Assembly (NCBI GenBank): GCA_963706955.1
Contig: CAVPOC010000008.1
Coordinates: 32,001 to 96,000, forward strand
Length of the DNA: 64,000 nucleotides
Reading direction: 5' to 3'
Origin: an uncultured Verrucomicrobiae bacterium
GTDB lineage: Bacteria; Verrucomicrobiota; Verrucomicrobiia; Chthoniobacterales; Terrimicrobiaceae
Positions within the stretch are counted from its first letter, which is position 1. Every line of letters begins with the position of its first letter. The position numbers and the translations under genes are program-made. Below are positions 22,396-34,111 of this stretch, piece by piece. Below the pieces are notes generated by a model. That model ran no database searches and was not told where the DNA came from. It saw only the letters and a program-made list of their open reading frames with translations.

Positions 22396-22775
22396 AATTT
22401 TGTTTCGCCTTGATCCGGCAACACGCCTGGCTTGGTAATTCCGCGGCAGGCGGAGAAAGCTTAGTCACCAACCCTTTCTAAGCTTGGCAGAAACGATTGC
22501 TTTGGTCGCGATAAAACAGCAATCTCTGATGGACCTAGATCGCCACAACGACGCCGGCGCGCCTTCCGTTTCTGCGCTCCGATTTTAGCCTTGAAGCCCG
22601 GCATTGGTTCGCTACCAGCAATTTTCGCGCTGCCCGGCACCGACCATGATGTTATATTCTGCTCCGAAACCGTTGCGCAAACGCTTCGGGCGCCGATATG
22701 AACAATGTAGGTTTAGCGAAAACTATTTGCCAGTCTCGGGCCGACTGTTTCTCCCTGGTCACTCAATGAATAAAA

Positions 22776-23303
22776 GTGAAAACTCTAGAGTCAAAGATTG
22801 TATACCAAAACAGGTGGATGACCGTAAAAGAGGATGTCGTTCAGCGCGAAAACGGCAGCACCGGAATATACGGAATAGTTGAAAAGCCTGATTTTGCCGT
22901 GATTGCGGCAATGGACAATGGTCGAGTCTACTTAGTTGAACAGCATCGTTATCCGGTGGGTTCAAGGTTTTGGGAGCTTCCACAAGGCTCGTGGGAATCT
23001 AGTTCTATAAGTGCTTGCGACCTAGCCAAAGCCGAACTTAGGGAGGAAACTGGTATCATTGCGCACACTGTTGAGCACATTGGACACCTCTTTCTAGCAT
23101 ATGGATACTCAAATCAAGGATACGATATTTTTATCGCCTGCGAACTAGAGCATGCGTCGCAGGACTTGGACATCGAAGAGCATGGTCTAGCGGTGCGATC
23201 TTTCTTAATCTCGGATGTTGAATCAATGATCGTTGAAGGACACATTAAAGATGGAACTACAGTGGCTGCCTTTGGGTTGCTCAAGTTGAGTAAGAAAATC
23301 TAG
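22776..23303 (+). CDS. NUDIX hydrolase (ADP-ribose pyrophosphatase-like)
   Basis: QHRYPV, WELPQG..AELREETG Nudix box. Confidence 0.9.
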   Translation: MKTLESKIVYQNRWMTVKEDVVQRENGSTGIYGIVEKPDFAVIAAMDNGRVYLVEQHRYPVGSRFWELPQGSWESSSISACDLAKAELREETGIIAHTVEHIGHLFLAYGYSNQGYDIFIACELEHASQDLDIEEHGLAVRSFLISDVESMIVEGHIKDGTTVAAFGLLKLSKKI

Positions 23304-23427
23304 CTACAAGTCTGATGCTTCTTTTCGGGGAATTTCGTTTGAGGTGTCTCGTCTGCTGATGCGGACTGAACAATTTGTGCGCAGTAGCGGACGGTATCAA
23401 TCACATGATTAGATAAGTCGCGTGCTA

Positions 23428-24417
23428 CTACCCTGTGATCACAGAGCTATCAGCGTAACCGCTGGGATGCGTCTTGTGCCAGTCCCAAGCACTTTGCACG
23501 ATGCTTTTGAGATCCGGATGTCCCGGAACCCAGCCGAGAACCTTCCTCGCCCTGGTTGCATCAGCCACAAGTGCGGTACAATCGCCAGGACGACGTGGTT
23601 GAATTTCTGCGGGAATCGGGTGTCCAGTCACTTCGCGACAAACGTCAATGACCTCTTTGACGGTGTAGCCGTCGCCGTTGCCGAGATTGAATGCCCCGTC
23701 GATACCCGGTTTGAGTGCTAGTATGTGCGCCTGGGCGAGATCCCTGATGTGGATATAGTCACGCACACAGGTTCCGTCCCGCGTTTCATAATCATCGCCG
23801 AAGATAAAGACTTTTTCGCGTTTTCCCTGCGCCACCTGTAAGACAAGTGGGATTAAGTGACTTTCCGGGTTGTGCGCCTCGCCATACTTTTCGGTAGCGC
23901 CGCAGGCGTTAAAATAGCGAAGGAATACACATTCAATGCCATGAATTATCTGTCCCCATTGAAAAATTCTTTCACAGAGGAGTTTGGACTCCCCGTACAC
24001 TGACTCAGGTTTCTGCGGCAGAGTTTCGTCCATCGGGGTACGCTCGGGTGTGCCATAGGTGGCGCACGTCGAGGAGAAGATCAACTTCTTGCATCCGGAC
24101 TCCACCATGGCGCTCATCAGATTAAGCGAACCAGTAACATTGTTTTCGAAAAACGGCATCGGTTCTTTCATCGATTGGCCGACTTCGATGTAAGCCGCAA
24201 AATGAATGACGGCGTCTGGGCGATTGGCAAGAAGGGCACTCTTAATGTCCTCCTTGAAGCGAAGGTCGCCCTGGATGTATTTTGCGCGAGGATCGACTGC
24301 GGGTTGGTATCCGCGCTCCAAATTGTCGAACACGACAACTTCATGTCCCTCGTCGCAGAGCAGTTCAGTGGTGACGCTTCCGATGTATCCGGCTCCGCCG
24401 GGAACGAGTACTTTCAT
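23428..24417 (-). CDS. galE: UDP-glucose 4-epimerase
   Basis: GGAGYIGS, FSSTCATYG, YGESK, LRYFNA, DGTCVRDYIH. Confidence 0.96.
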   Translation of the reverse strand: MKVLVPGGAGYIGSVTTELLCDEGHEVVVFDNLERGYQPAVDPRAKYIQGDLRFKEDIKSALLANRPDAVIHFAAYIEVGQSMKEPMPFFENNVTGSLNLMSAMVESGCKKLIFSSTCATYGTPERTPMDETLPQKPESVYGESKLLCERIFQWGQIIHGIECVFLRYFNACGATEKYGEAHNPESHLIPLVLQVAQGKREKVFIFGDDYETRDGTCVRDYIHIRDLAQAHILALKPGIDGAFNLGNGDGYTVKEVIDVCREVTGHPIPAEIQPRRPGDCTALVADATRARKVLGWVPGHPDLKSIVQSAWDWHKTHPSGYADSSVITG

Positions 24418-24500
24418 AGCTGATCTCCTTTTCGCGTGTGGCGTATCATGCGCGTCCTCTAAGGGTGCAACGATGCGCGGTTAGTATTAGACGTGGTAAA

Positions 24501-25667
24501 TCACCTAACTATGGTCGCTCCGGAGGAAGGGACGATGGTTTCCGCGGTAGGCTCGAGCCCTTTAATCCTGCAGATGTCGATGATCTTGGCACAACTAACA
24601 TCGGCATCGGCCTCATGAACCAGAGCTACAACGCTGCCACCCCAGCCACCACCGGAAAGACGCGCCCCAAGGGCACCGGCTTCGCGCGCAGCTTCGACGA
24701 CGATGTCGAGCTCGTCGCACGAATTTTCAAAAGCCGTGCGGGAAGTCTCATGTGAGTCGTAAAGAAACTGGCCAAAGGCTTCGAGCTTACCGTTCTTGAG
24801 CAGCTTCACGCCCTCTTCGACACGCGTAATTTCAGCAACTATATGCGTGGCACGTTGGGCCGCTTCGGGGTCGATCTTACCTTTGTTGGCTTCAAACTCC
24901 TCCCATGAAACGTCGCGCAGCGCGGTCACCGGGTGATCGAGCAGTGCTCCCAGCTCCTTAGCTGCCTTTTCGCAACTAATGCGGCGTGCGTTGTAGGGTG
25001 AGTCGGCCAGCGCGTGCTTGATGTGCGGGTTAATCATCAGGAACACGACATCGTCGGGAAGCTTAACCGGATAAGCTTCCAGTGAGCGGAAATCGCTGTG
25101 GATCAGTCCGTGGTGTTCGCCGTAGATGCTGGAGAACTGATCGAGCAGACCGCAGTTGCAGCCGGCAAAGTCGTTCTCGGCCTTCTGGGCAATTTTGGCG
25201 ATTTCGGTCTTATCGAGTGACACTCCGGCGTATTTGAGAACCGCATACGCGGTTGCGACTTCGAGTGCTGCCGAACTGGAAAGTCCGGCGCCCATCGGAA
25301 TTGATCCCATGAAAGAACAATCTATTCCGTCCGCAATAACCCCTTTGTCGCGAAGATAGTGCATGACTCCCTTTACAAAGTTGGCCCACTGGACCGTTGC
25401 ATCGAGCCGTGTGCTGTTTGAGGGATCGAACTCAGTAGTCTCGTGCAAATCGCTGGCAATAAGGCGGACGCCCGGTTTTTGCGATTTCGAGATGCAGAAG
25501 CAATGGCCCATATTGATCGCCGCGGAAAGGACAGTACCTTCGTTATAGTCCGTGTGGTTCCCCAACACTTCGATTCGGCCCGGCGCGTAGGAAACCGTGG
25601 TAGGTTCAGTCCCGTAGCTTTTGGTATGGATAGCTATGCTTTTTTTAACAACGTTCGGATCATACAT
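24501..25667 (-). CDS. galK: galactokinase
   Basis: APGRIEVLGNHTDYN, PMGAGLSSSAA, GARLSGGGWGG. Confidence 0.95.
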   Translation of the reverse strand: MYDPNVVKKSIAIHTKSYGTEPTTVSYAPGRIEVLGNHTDYNEGTVLSAAINMGHCFCISKSQKPGVRLIASDLHETTEFDPSNSTRLDATVQWANFVKGVMHYLRDKGVIADGIDCSFMGSIPMGAGLSSSAALEVATAYAVLKYAGVSLDKTEIAKIAQKAENDFAGCNCGLLDQFSSIYGEHHGLIHSDFRSLEAYPVKLPDDVVFLMINPHIKHALADSPYNARRISCEKAAKELGALLDHPVTALRDVSWEEFEANKGKIDPEAAQRATHIVAEITRVEEGVKLLKNGKLEAFGQFLYDSHETSRTAFENSCDELDIVVEAAREAGALGARLSGGGWGGSVVALVHEADADVSCAKIIDICRIKGLEPTAETIVPSSGATIVR

Positions 25668-26014
25668 GTTCTACATTCCGTAATGTTTTAGGTATCGCGA
25701 AGCATAGTCCTCATGATGCTAATGGCTTGGATCGGTCGTCTGACATCGTAGTCAACGCCAACTAGAGGCGATTTCATAAGCAGAGGTTATCGCCTCTTGA
25801 CAGTAGAAGGCCGTTGGTCCAATGGGGGCACTGCCCCAGCTGGGCAAAAGAAAGGATGATGGAACACGACAACCAGAAGCCGAATTCAGCCGCCGTGCTC
25901 GACTAGTACGGCCGCCACTGAGACTATGTATCAGCGCGCTTACACGGCCGTCGAAGTTTAGCATCGTGGACCGATCATTAGGGATGAGGTTTCTCGAGCG
26001 AAGCCGCCCGGTTT

Positions 26015-26705
<691 letters not shown>

Positions 26706-27127
26706 ATGGAATAACGGTAAGGCTTCCCAGCTGCTGAGTCTTCCTATCTTGACAGCAAAACCGGCAAATTCCTCGCAGTGCGCTGCGCCGAGCTCCTCGC
26801 CCGCATTTCCCGCCTTCCAAGACTGCATTCCATTCGAACTGTCTTTGTCGGTGGCTGCTGGCCCACCTTTCTTCGGTATTCACATTCGACAAGCTCGATC
26901 CCACGACGCATCTCTATCTGTGATTATTCCGGCATCGTGGAGTGCGAGCTCTTCGCTAACGTATATTGGGGATTCGGTGGGGAGATAATCCGCCCTCCGA
27001 CACTCGAACTTAGCGGCAAGACTAAGCCTTTCGCAAACCACAACGGATACACCCGCCACATGGAAGCGGTGAGGAGAGCCAGAACTTAGTGCTGATCTCC
27101 TGTACTCATCAGCTTCACCGTCTAGGC

Positions 27128-27874
27128 TTATCGTCCTTTCATGTGAATGGATGGGCCCGGGCTAGTCAACTTCGCCATTTCGCTTCGAACCTGCTCATGG
27201 AGTTCAGCGATCCACATCGGTCCGGCATCGTCGCTAGCCTCCCTTGTCTTCTCTCGAAGGTCGCGTGGAGCAATGATCAGCTGGACATCGTCGAGGCCGG
27301 TGCGGGCGACGAGCACGAACAGTTCTTCCACCGCAGGATCTCCGATCGCGATACATCCGATGGACTCCGCGCCTCCATGAATCATGATGTCCCCGCCAAG
27401 CATCGAAAGATCGCGCCCGTCCCGGCCGGCCTGCTCGATATCGGCTGCGTTCGGATAATCGACGCGCAAGGACAAGTGATATCGGCTGTTCGGATTCAAA
27501 AGCTCGATCCGATAGAAGCCCTCCGGGACCTGCTTATCACCTTCACGCAGCTTCGGACCAACAATTCCGCTCGCCGCGAGAATCGGGTATGAGAGAACGA
27601 ACCTTGGTCCATGAAAATCGTCCGCGGCATAAATCTCCAGCCGCTTCTCTTCCTTAAGGGCGAGGAGGGTGAGGTGCTCCGGTGGCCAGGATATCCCTGC
27701 CCGCTCGAAAGCCGGACGCAAGCGGCGGTCGACGTGCGGGCCCAAAACGCGAATCACTTCTTCAATCGTCCGTGGTTTCGGCGGCAGCGAAGCAGGTCGC
27801 AGAAGTTGTCGATAGTACCAGGCGCCGATCCCTGCCAGCGCGAGCAGTACGGTCGCAACCACGCCGAGCCGCAT
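27128..27874 (-). CDS. L,D-transpeptidase family protein (YafK/DpaA-like)
   Basis: GPKLREGDKQVPEGFY, YHLSLRVDYPN, IMIHG..SIGC; N-terminal TM. Confidence 0.88.
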   Translation of the reverse strand: MRLGVVATVLLALAGIGAWYYRQLLRPASLPPKPRTIEEVIRVLGPHVDRRLRPAFERAGISWPPEHLTLLALKEEKRLEIYAADDFHGPRFVLSYPILAASGIVGPKLREGDKQVPEGFYRIELLNPNSRYHLSLRVDYPNAADIEQAGRDGRDLSMLGGDIMIHGGAESIGCIAIGDPAVEELFVLVARTGLDDVQLIIAPRDLREKTREASDDAGPMWIAELHEQVRSEMAKLTSPGPSIHMKGR

Positions 27875-27893
27875 TCGGCCGGCAACCTTCCCA

Positions 27894-28865
27894 CTAGAGC
27901 TTTCCCTCGCGCACATAATAGCTTTGCGCGGCCTCCAGAGCTTCGCTCAGGCTTATCGAGGCACGCCAGCCCGTCAGACGAGCAAACTTGGACCCGTCAA
28001 CCACCCAGCGGTCGGGCCAGATTTCCCGCGCTCGATCGCGTGTCAGGCTCGGCGCTTTTGCCCGCAAACTTGGAATCGTGTCAACGAAAGCCGACAGCAT
28101 TCGAACAACCAGATGAGGGACCGGCACGGTCACTCCTCTCGCATGGCAAGCCGCCGCCGCCGCCGCGATCAATTGCCAGTCGGTCATGGACTGCACCGAA
28201 GCAACATAGCTGGCCTGCGGGCAAGGCTCGCTTTCGAGAGCCAAAAAAATGGCCGTAACGAGATCATCAACTGCGATGAAACTATAGGATTTTGCCCGAA
28301 GTCCTGGCTTGATACGGAGAGCGCCCCGAGCCATTCGAAAAAGCGGAAGCGTGGCCGTGTCGCGTGGCCCCAGGATCATCGGCGGACGCAAGATTGAAAT
28401 CGGACGATTTGGAAATTCGTCACGGATTGCGCGCTCCATCGCGAGTTTGGATTCTCCGTACCAGGTAATCGGCGCATCGGGATCTTCCTCCGACCGAGCT
28501 ACCCTGCCGTCCGGTGTCGGACCACCAGCCGACTGCGACGAGATGACCACTGTGCGGCATTCCGGAGGCAACGCGCGCAGAGTTGCCAGCGTCCAATCGA
28601 CATTGGTCCGAAAGTAATCACTGCGATTTCGCTCGAAAAGGACCCCGCCTCCCAAAACCGCGCGGCGCGGGGAGATTCTTGGCCAGCGATCTGGTAGTGC
28701 GGAAAGCAACTGGATTTCCTGCGGATCTCTCTTTTCAAATCGAAGCTGCTGCAGGAGCTTGTCGGCATTGCGCACCGCCGTAAGCACCTCTGTGCCTTCG
28801 GACAGCGCGCGGAGAAGGATATTCCGCCCAAGGAAGCCCGTGGCTCCGGTGAGGAGCAGACTCAT
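27894..28865 (-). CDS. cerR: NAD-dependent epimerase/reductase, candidate ceramide reductase
   Basis: TGATGFLG, SSQSAGG, YGESK; directly downstream of spt and bcerS; the symbol rests on context. Confidence 0.6.
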   Translation of the reverse strand: MSLLLTGATGFLGRNILLRALSEGTEVLTAVRNADKLLQQLRFEKRDPQEIQLLSALPDRWPRISPRRAVLGGGVLFERNRSDYFRTNVDWTLATLRALPPECRTVVISSQSAGGPTPDGRVARSEEDPDAPITWYGESKLAMERAIRDEFPNRPISILRPPMILGPRDTATLPLFRMARGALRIKPGLRAKSYSFIAVDDLVTAIFLALESEPCPQASYVASVQSMTDWQLIAAAAAACHARGVTVPVPHLVVRMLSAFVDTIPSLRAKAPSLTRDRAREIWPDRWVVDGSKFARLTGWRASISLSEALEAAQSYYVREGKL

Positions 28866-28916
28866 GAAGCATGCAACTGGACCCGAACTTCGCCGGTCTC
28901 GGCGCAGACAGATTTT

Positions 28917-30038
28917 CTAAGAGAGCGATTTCTCATAGATCCTCCACTCCTGCTGTTGAATCCCACCGACCATGAGGCAAATCTCGATAATCTCTTTGTT
29001 GCTTTCCTCGATCCAGCCGATCGTCGCATTGGAGTACCGTTTCTTGGCAGAGACAAACTGCTCGTAAATCAACCACGCATGCAAGCCGCGATCACGAAAC
29101 CGCGGCGAGATTCCGAGAACGGCCTGCCGAACCCAGTTGGTGCGATGTGTCTTCATCAGCCAAAGAATGTGCGGCAGCCTGAGCAGAGGCGGAGTTTTCT
29201 TCACGCGCGCGAGGATCTCATTGAAATTCGGCAGCGAAAGAGCCACCCCCGCGTTCTCTCCGTTAACTTCCGCGATGAGCATCATCTCCGGGTCGGCAAA
29301 CGCCCTCATATCGTCTGCAGTCGCGAGCAACTCGTCCATGGTAACGGGGATAAAACCCCAGTTCCGCTCCAGCGTGGAGTTATAGACCTCCTGGACGATC
29401 TTCAGCTCATCCTCGAGCTTCGACATCCTGATCGGTCGAAGCTTGACGTTCGCTCGCTTGACCATTCGCTCCACAATGCGTTTCAGGCGCGTGGGGACCT
29501 CCAGCCGGTGTAAGGGTAGCAAGTATCCAAAGGATCGCCAGACGACACGAAATCCCAACTGCTCGATGAGCGTCTTTTGATATTCAGGATTCCAGCAGAG
29601 TCCAAGACAGGGTGAATGTTCAAACCCTTCCACCAGCAACCCGCATTCATCATTGATACTGGGATTATAGGGCCCACGCAGGCACTCCCGATTGCGCGCC
29701 CTCAGGATCGCGCCAGCCGCATCGAAAAGCTCCCGGGCCAGCTCGGGGTTATCCTCGCAGTCGAAGAAACCGAAGAAACCGGTGCGATCGTGGTATCGCT
29801 CGTTGTGTGCGTGATTGATGATGGCCGCAATCCTCCCGACAGGTTTGTCCCCGCGCCAGGCAACAAACGGATAAATCTCGCCGGAGAGTCTGTTGAACGT
29901 GGATTTCGGTGAAAGGTATTTGACGATGCTCCCGGGAAAGGGCGGAATGAACGCGGGATCGAGACCATGGAGTCTCTCGGGGAGACTCTCAAAAAGCCGC
30001 TCTTCCTTTCTGGTCCTGCACAAGCGAATCGAGTACAT
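28917..30038 (-). CDS. bcerS: YghO-like GNAT protein, candidate bacterial ceramide synthase
   Basis: VGRIAAIIN, GFFGFFDC, LRGP.NPSINDECGLLVEGF, NWGFIP, WIEESN. Confidence 0.75.
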   Translation of the reverse strand: MYSIRLCRTRKEERLFESLPERLHGLDPAFIPPFPGSIVKYLSPKSTFNRLSGEIYPFVAWRGDKPVGRIAAIINHAHNERYHDRTGFFGFFDCEDNPELARELFDAAGAILRARNRECLRGPYNPSINDECGLLVEGFEHSPCLGLCWNPEYQKTLIEQLGFRVVWRSFGYLLPLHRLEVPTRLKRIVERMVKRANVKLRPIRMSKLEDELKIVQEVYNSTLERNWGFIPVTMDELLATADDMRAFADPEMMLIAEVNGENAGVALSLPNFNEILARVKKTPPLLRLPHILWLMKTHRTNWVRQAVLGISPRFRDRGLHAWLIYEQFVSAKKRYSNATIGWIEESNKEIIEICLMVGGIQQQEWRIYEKSLS

Positions 30039-30117
30039 TCTCGCAGAGAACGAGCGCCGGACCTAATTGAAGTGGCTCAAGCTAAGCAGGCCAGCGCGCC
30101 AATCACCACGGCCATCG

Positions 30118-31464
30118 CTACCTCGAAATGGCTCGACGCGCGCCTTGACCATTCCAATTCGCATCTTGGACTCCCGCGTGCACCGCCGACTTTCTGGAAC
30201 CCTCATCTTCCAAACGAAAATCGAAGACATTGGCCTTGCGTTTTCCAGGATCAGCGTAAGCAGGATCATCGAACGTCCCAAGCTCGCGGGCCAGCTTGGC
30301 AAAGACTTCGAGCACATCGTCGAGATCTTCTTCCGTGTGGGTAGCCATGTAGCTCGTGCGCACAATCGCCTCGCCATAGCGAACGGCCGGATAGATCGCG
30401 GGCGTGGCGAAGACTCCCTCTTCGAAGAGGCGCTGCGTAAACTGGAACGCCTTCGCCTCACTACCAATTAGAATCGGAATGATCGGTGTCTCCGTGTTTC
30501 CGATTTGGAAGCCGAGATGCTTGAACCCCTGGTGCATCTTTCGCGTGTTGCGCCAGAGTTGTTCGATCCGCTCCGGCTCCTGTTGCATAATCTCCAACGC
30601 CTTGAGGACTCCGCCGGCGACGGCGGGTGCCAGCGACGCCGTGAAGATGAAACAGCGCGCTCGATGCTTAAGATACTCGATCATTTGTCCGTCGCCAGCG
30701 ATAAACCCACCCATGGAACCAAGCGACTTGGAAAATGTTCCCATGACGATATCCACCTCATCGTTCAGGCCGAACTCGTGGACAACGCCGCGGCCCTGTG
30801 GACCAAGCACTCCCAGCGAGTGCGCTTCGTCGACGTAAACCCGAGCCCCAAATTCCTTCGCGATCTCCAGCTGCGCGGGCAAGTCGGCAATATCTCCGGA
30901 CATGCTGAAGACTCCATCCATCACCACGAGCTTGCCAGCCTCCTCCGGTTGTCTCTTTAACCGGTTACGCAAAGAGACTGCTGAGTTGTGCCTGTAGGGA
31001 ATGAGCTTCGCCGGCGCAAACTGGCAACCATCGATGATGCTGGCGTGATTTTCGCGATCACATAAAATCACATCACCGTCTTCCGTCAGCGAGGCCAAGG
31101 CCCCCTGATTTGCAAAGAAACCGGTGGAAAAAAGCAACACCGCTTCGCGCTGGACAAATTCCGCCAATGCCTCCTCGAGCTGCGTGTGCAGCTTTAGGGT
31201 GCCATTGAGCAAGCGAGATCCGGTGCAACCTGAGCCATACCTGCGCGTCGCTTCACAGGCGGCTTCGATGACCCGTTCATCCTGTGCCAGGCCCAAATAG
31301 TTGTTTGAGCCAATCATGATCTTGCGCTGACCTTCGCAGATTACATAGTTGCCGTGCGTCTCCTCAATGCATCGAAAATAGGGATAAAACCCCTGCGCCC
31401 GCGCGTCAGCGCTGTCCCTATAATCCCGGCATTTTTGATATAAATCTCTCACCACGTGAGGCAT
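30118..31464 (-). CDS. spt: alpha-oxoamine synthase, probable serine palmitoyltransferase
   Basis: YPYFR, GSNNYLGL, GSGCTGSRLLNGT, NHASIIDG, DEAHS, GTFSKS (PLP Lys). Confidence 0.78.
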   Translation of the reverse strand: MPHVVRDLYQKCRDYRDSADARAQGFYPYFRCIEETHGNYVICEGQRKIMIGSNNYLGLAQDERVIEAACEATRRYGSGCTGSRLLNGTLKLHTQLEEALAEFVQREAVLLFSTGFFANQGALASLTEDGDVILCDRENHASIIDGCQFAPAKLIPYRHNSAVSLRNRLKRQPEEAGKLVVMDGVFSMSGDIADLPAQLEIAKEFGARVYVDEAHSLGVLGPQGRGVVHEFGLNDEVDIVMGTFSKSLGSMGGFIAGDGQMIEYLKHRARCFIFTASLAPAVAGGVLKALEIMQQEPERIEQLWRNTRKMHQGFKHLGFQIGNTETPIIPILIGSEAKAFQFTQRLFEEGVFATPAIYPAVRYGEAIVRTSYMATHTEEDLDDVLEVFAKLARELGTFDDPAYADPGKRKANVFDFRLEDEGSRKSAVHAGVQDANWNGQGARRAISR

Positions 31465-32179
31465 GACCTAATCCCTGCAAGAGTTGCACGAATGTCGCCG
31501 TTGTAAATTCTTTTCCTAGGAGCCTGAGGTAGGCGCACCGTTCAGTCCTGATGGGATTCGCAAGTGAGATAACTGCGTTTCAGGGAAAATCCCTCAAAAA
31601 AGCAGCCTGGATCAGACTGGCGAAGCGCATCCGAACGTCTGGCGCTGCGCCCAGATGTCAAGGCAATCGTCCGGGGAGGAAGATTGTGCCCGCCACGTAG
31701 AGCAAGAAAAAGGCGTGGAGACGGCGTCTAAGCTCTATCCTTCACAACCGATTCCCGACGCATCGGCGGCAAAAAACCCATTTCCTACGACGCCTTTTCA
31801 TTCGACTTTCGCCAACCATTGTCTTGCCAACACATGATCCCGACGGACCGCGGAGGTTGAATGAAAATGATCTAGTAAAATTGAACCCGTCAGATCGGAG
31901 TATCATGCTTAACTCGACAGTGGGAGTCGACTAGTCCTAGTCACTGGCTTCGTCACCAGGGTCGCCGTGGACTCAATCACTCCGTCAATCTTGGGTAACC
32001 AATGTCGGCCATTGTCCGCAGAAAGACATGACCGCTTAAGAAAAGCGATGGGCAGCATAACATCTCTTGGCTGGGCATACGGTCAACTTGGGCGAACCGC
32101 ATGAGTTCGGTTGGTTCCTGAACCTGACGCCCGACTCGGGGGCAGTTGAATCTTTCCCGAGCGGTTTTATCCTAAGCGC

Positions 32180-32344
32180 GTGAAAGCAATTTTCGCATTG
32201 GGAATCTTGGTGTTGACTCTCGCGGGCTGTCGAGGTCCCGGCGGCCCGATGGAGCGCGCCGGACGCAGCGTTGACGATGCGGTTCATGACGTTGGCACTG
32301 GCATCAAGAAGGCCGGCCAAGAAGTTCAGGAAGCAGCGCGATAG
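32180..32344 (+). CDS. small lipoprotein (54 aa), not in the ORF track
   Basis: MKAIFALGILVLTLAG-CRGPGGPMERAGRSVDDAVHDVGTGIKKAGQEVQEAAR; LAGC lipobox. Confidence 0.8.
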   Translation: MKAIFALGILVLTLAGCRGPGGPMERAGRSVDDAVHDVGTGIKKAGQEVQEAAR

Positions 32345-32528
32345 CGGGCACCCGCTCGCCCGCAGGCCGGTCGCGGTTTGGGAGCTGCTCGAACTAACCG
32401 CACCTGGTCGTCGGCGACCAAGATCTCGCAACGGCGCACGAGCCACCATGCCCCGAGGGAAGCTCACCTCCTCGCAAAATCAGATTAGGGGTTGTGGATC
32501 AGCAGATGCACTTTCCACCAAGGCTTGC

Positions 32529-32678
32529 CTAACGGACACGGCCCTCCTCGGTATTCCAACCCCGCTGATCATACTTCTCGAGTGCGGTCTCAGCGGCAGT
32601 GGGTTGATTTTCCGAGGTAGCACAACCGATGATAAGCAAGGAGGCTACAAGTGCGACAAACAGCTTGGTCACGCTCAT
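32529..32678 (-). CDS. small lipoprotein (49 aa), not in the ORF track
   Basis: MSVTKLFVALVASLLIIG-CATSENQPTAAETALEKYDQRGWNTEEGRVR. Confidence 0.65.
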   Translation of the reverse strand: MSVTKLFVALVASLLIIGCATSENQPTAAETALEKYDQRGWNTEEGRVR

Positions 32679-33122
32679 GGTCAACCACTACGGCATTTAT
32701 CAGCGCGTCACAAAAGAAAAGTAAGTCCCGCCTCAGCTCGCACTCCTCAGGCCAAATATCCACCCAGGTTGGGGCGCCCTTAGTCCTAACCTGCAAGGAA
32801 TGGCTTCCACGGGCGCGACAACAAATCAGGCGGAGAGTCCCGCTTGATTATCGAACCGGACGATCTGCGGCCAACCCGCCAACATTGCAACCCCCTTGCT
32901 CTTCCGGAAAGGAAGCTCGCCATACGCGTAGGGCGCTAGCATGAGTCGGCGCCCCGCCCGGCAAGTTTCGTAGCGACCTCAAGCCAGCCAGCGCCTTCGT
33001 CGAGTAGGACCTCTTGCGCTGCATGGACCGTATTGGCGGCTGGGGCTTTCTGGGATTACAGAGGACCAAAGCACCAAGACGATTGTTCTTCTTGAGCAGG
33101 TTACCATATTAGGATGCGCGCT

Positions 33123-33912
33123 ATGACCGACTGGGATGCTTCCGGATACGGCAGGATATCGGGCCTCCAGCAAGCCATGGCCGCGGAAGTGCTCGCGCTG
33201 CTCGATCTTAAAGGCAGCGAGCGCGTTTTGGATGTCGGTTGCGGCAACGGTAAAGTCACCGCAGAGATCGCCTCTCGCATCCCGGAGGGCAGTGTCGTCG
33301 GCGTCGATTCATCCGCGGACATGATCGGTTCTGCAAGGCACGAGTTCGGACCCGGCGCGCTGCCGAATCTTCGCTTCGAAGTAGCTGACGCCCGCCAGTT
33401 GTCGTTTCGGCACGAATTCGATGTGGTGGTCTCGTTCAACGCGCTCCACTGGGTGCCGGAGCAAGAGCAAGCGCTCCGTTCAATACACTCTGCCCTGAGG
33501 TCCGAGGGCAAGGCACAACTGCGTCTGGTCCCAGCAGGCAAGCGCAAGAGCCTGGAAAATGTGATCGAGGAGACACGCCTCTCGTCACCTTGGGCTCGCT
33601 ACTTCACGCGGCTTTAACGATCCTTATCTCCATCTCACCCCTGAACAATACCAAGCTTTAGCTGAACAGAACGGGTTTCGGATCGAGCGCGTTCACACCG
33701 AAGCCAAAGCCTGGGATTTCCAGTCTCGCTCTGGGTTCGCCGCGTTCGGCTCGGTAACCTTTATCGAATGGACGCAATTTCTACCCGAATCAGAACGACT
33801 CGCCTTCATCAACGATGTCTTGGATCGATACCGAAGCGTCGCGACCGATCGATCCGGGGAAGAGAATACCTTTAAATTCTATCAGATGGATATCACGCTT
33901 TCCGCCGCCTAA
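33123..33912 (+). CDS. class I SAM methyltransferase (Tam-like), frameshift near 33610
   Basis: VLDVGCGNG, FNALHW; continues FNDPYLHLTPEQY...FKFYQMDITLSAA* in another frame. Confidence 0.85.
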
Positions 33913-34111
33913 CACAATCACCTGAGAGAATAGACGTGAGCCGACATGAGCTTGAGCCTATTCGTCTCGCTCGGCCGCCAGACCAGCTCCTCTCGCTGAT
34001 GCGTCTGAAAACGGCCCTGCCCATCTACTCGCAGTAGATCCGTTCAGATGAAAGTGTCTCTTCCCTGGGAAGTGAGTTTGCAGTAATGACTTCAAGTCGC
34101 GGAAGATGACC

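Noticed and set aside
31465..32170. Possible ncRNA or riboswitch in the long intergenic region
   Set aside because: Only short hairpins; no family recognised by eye
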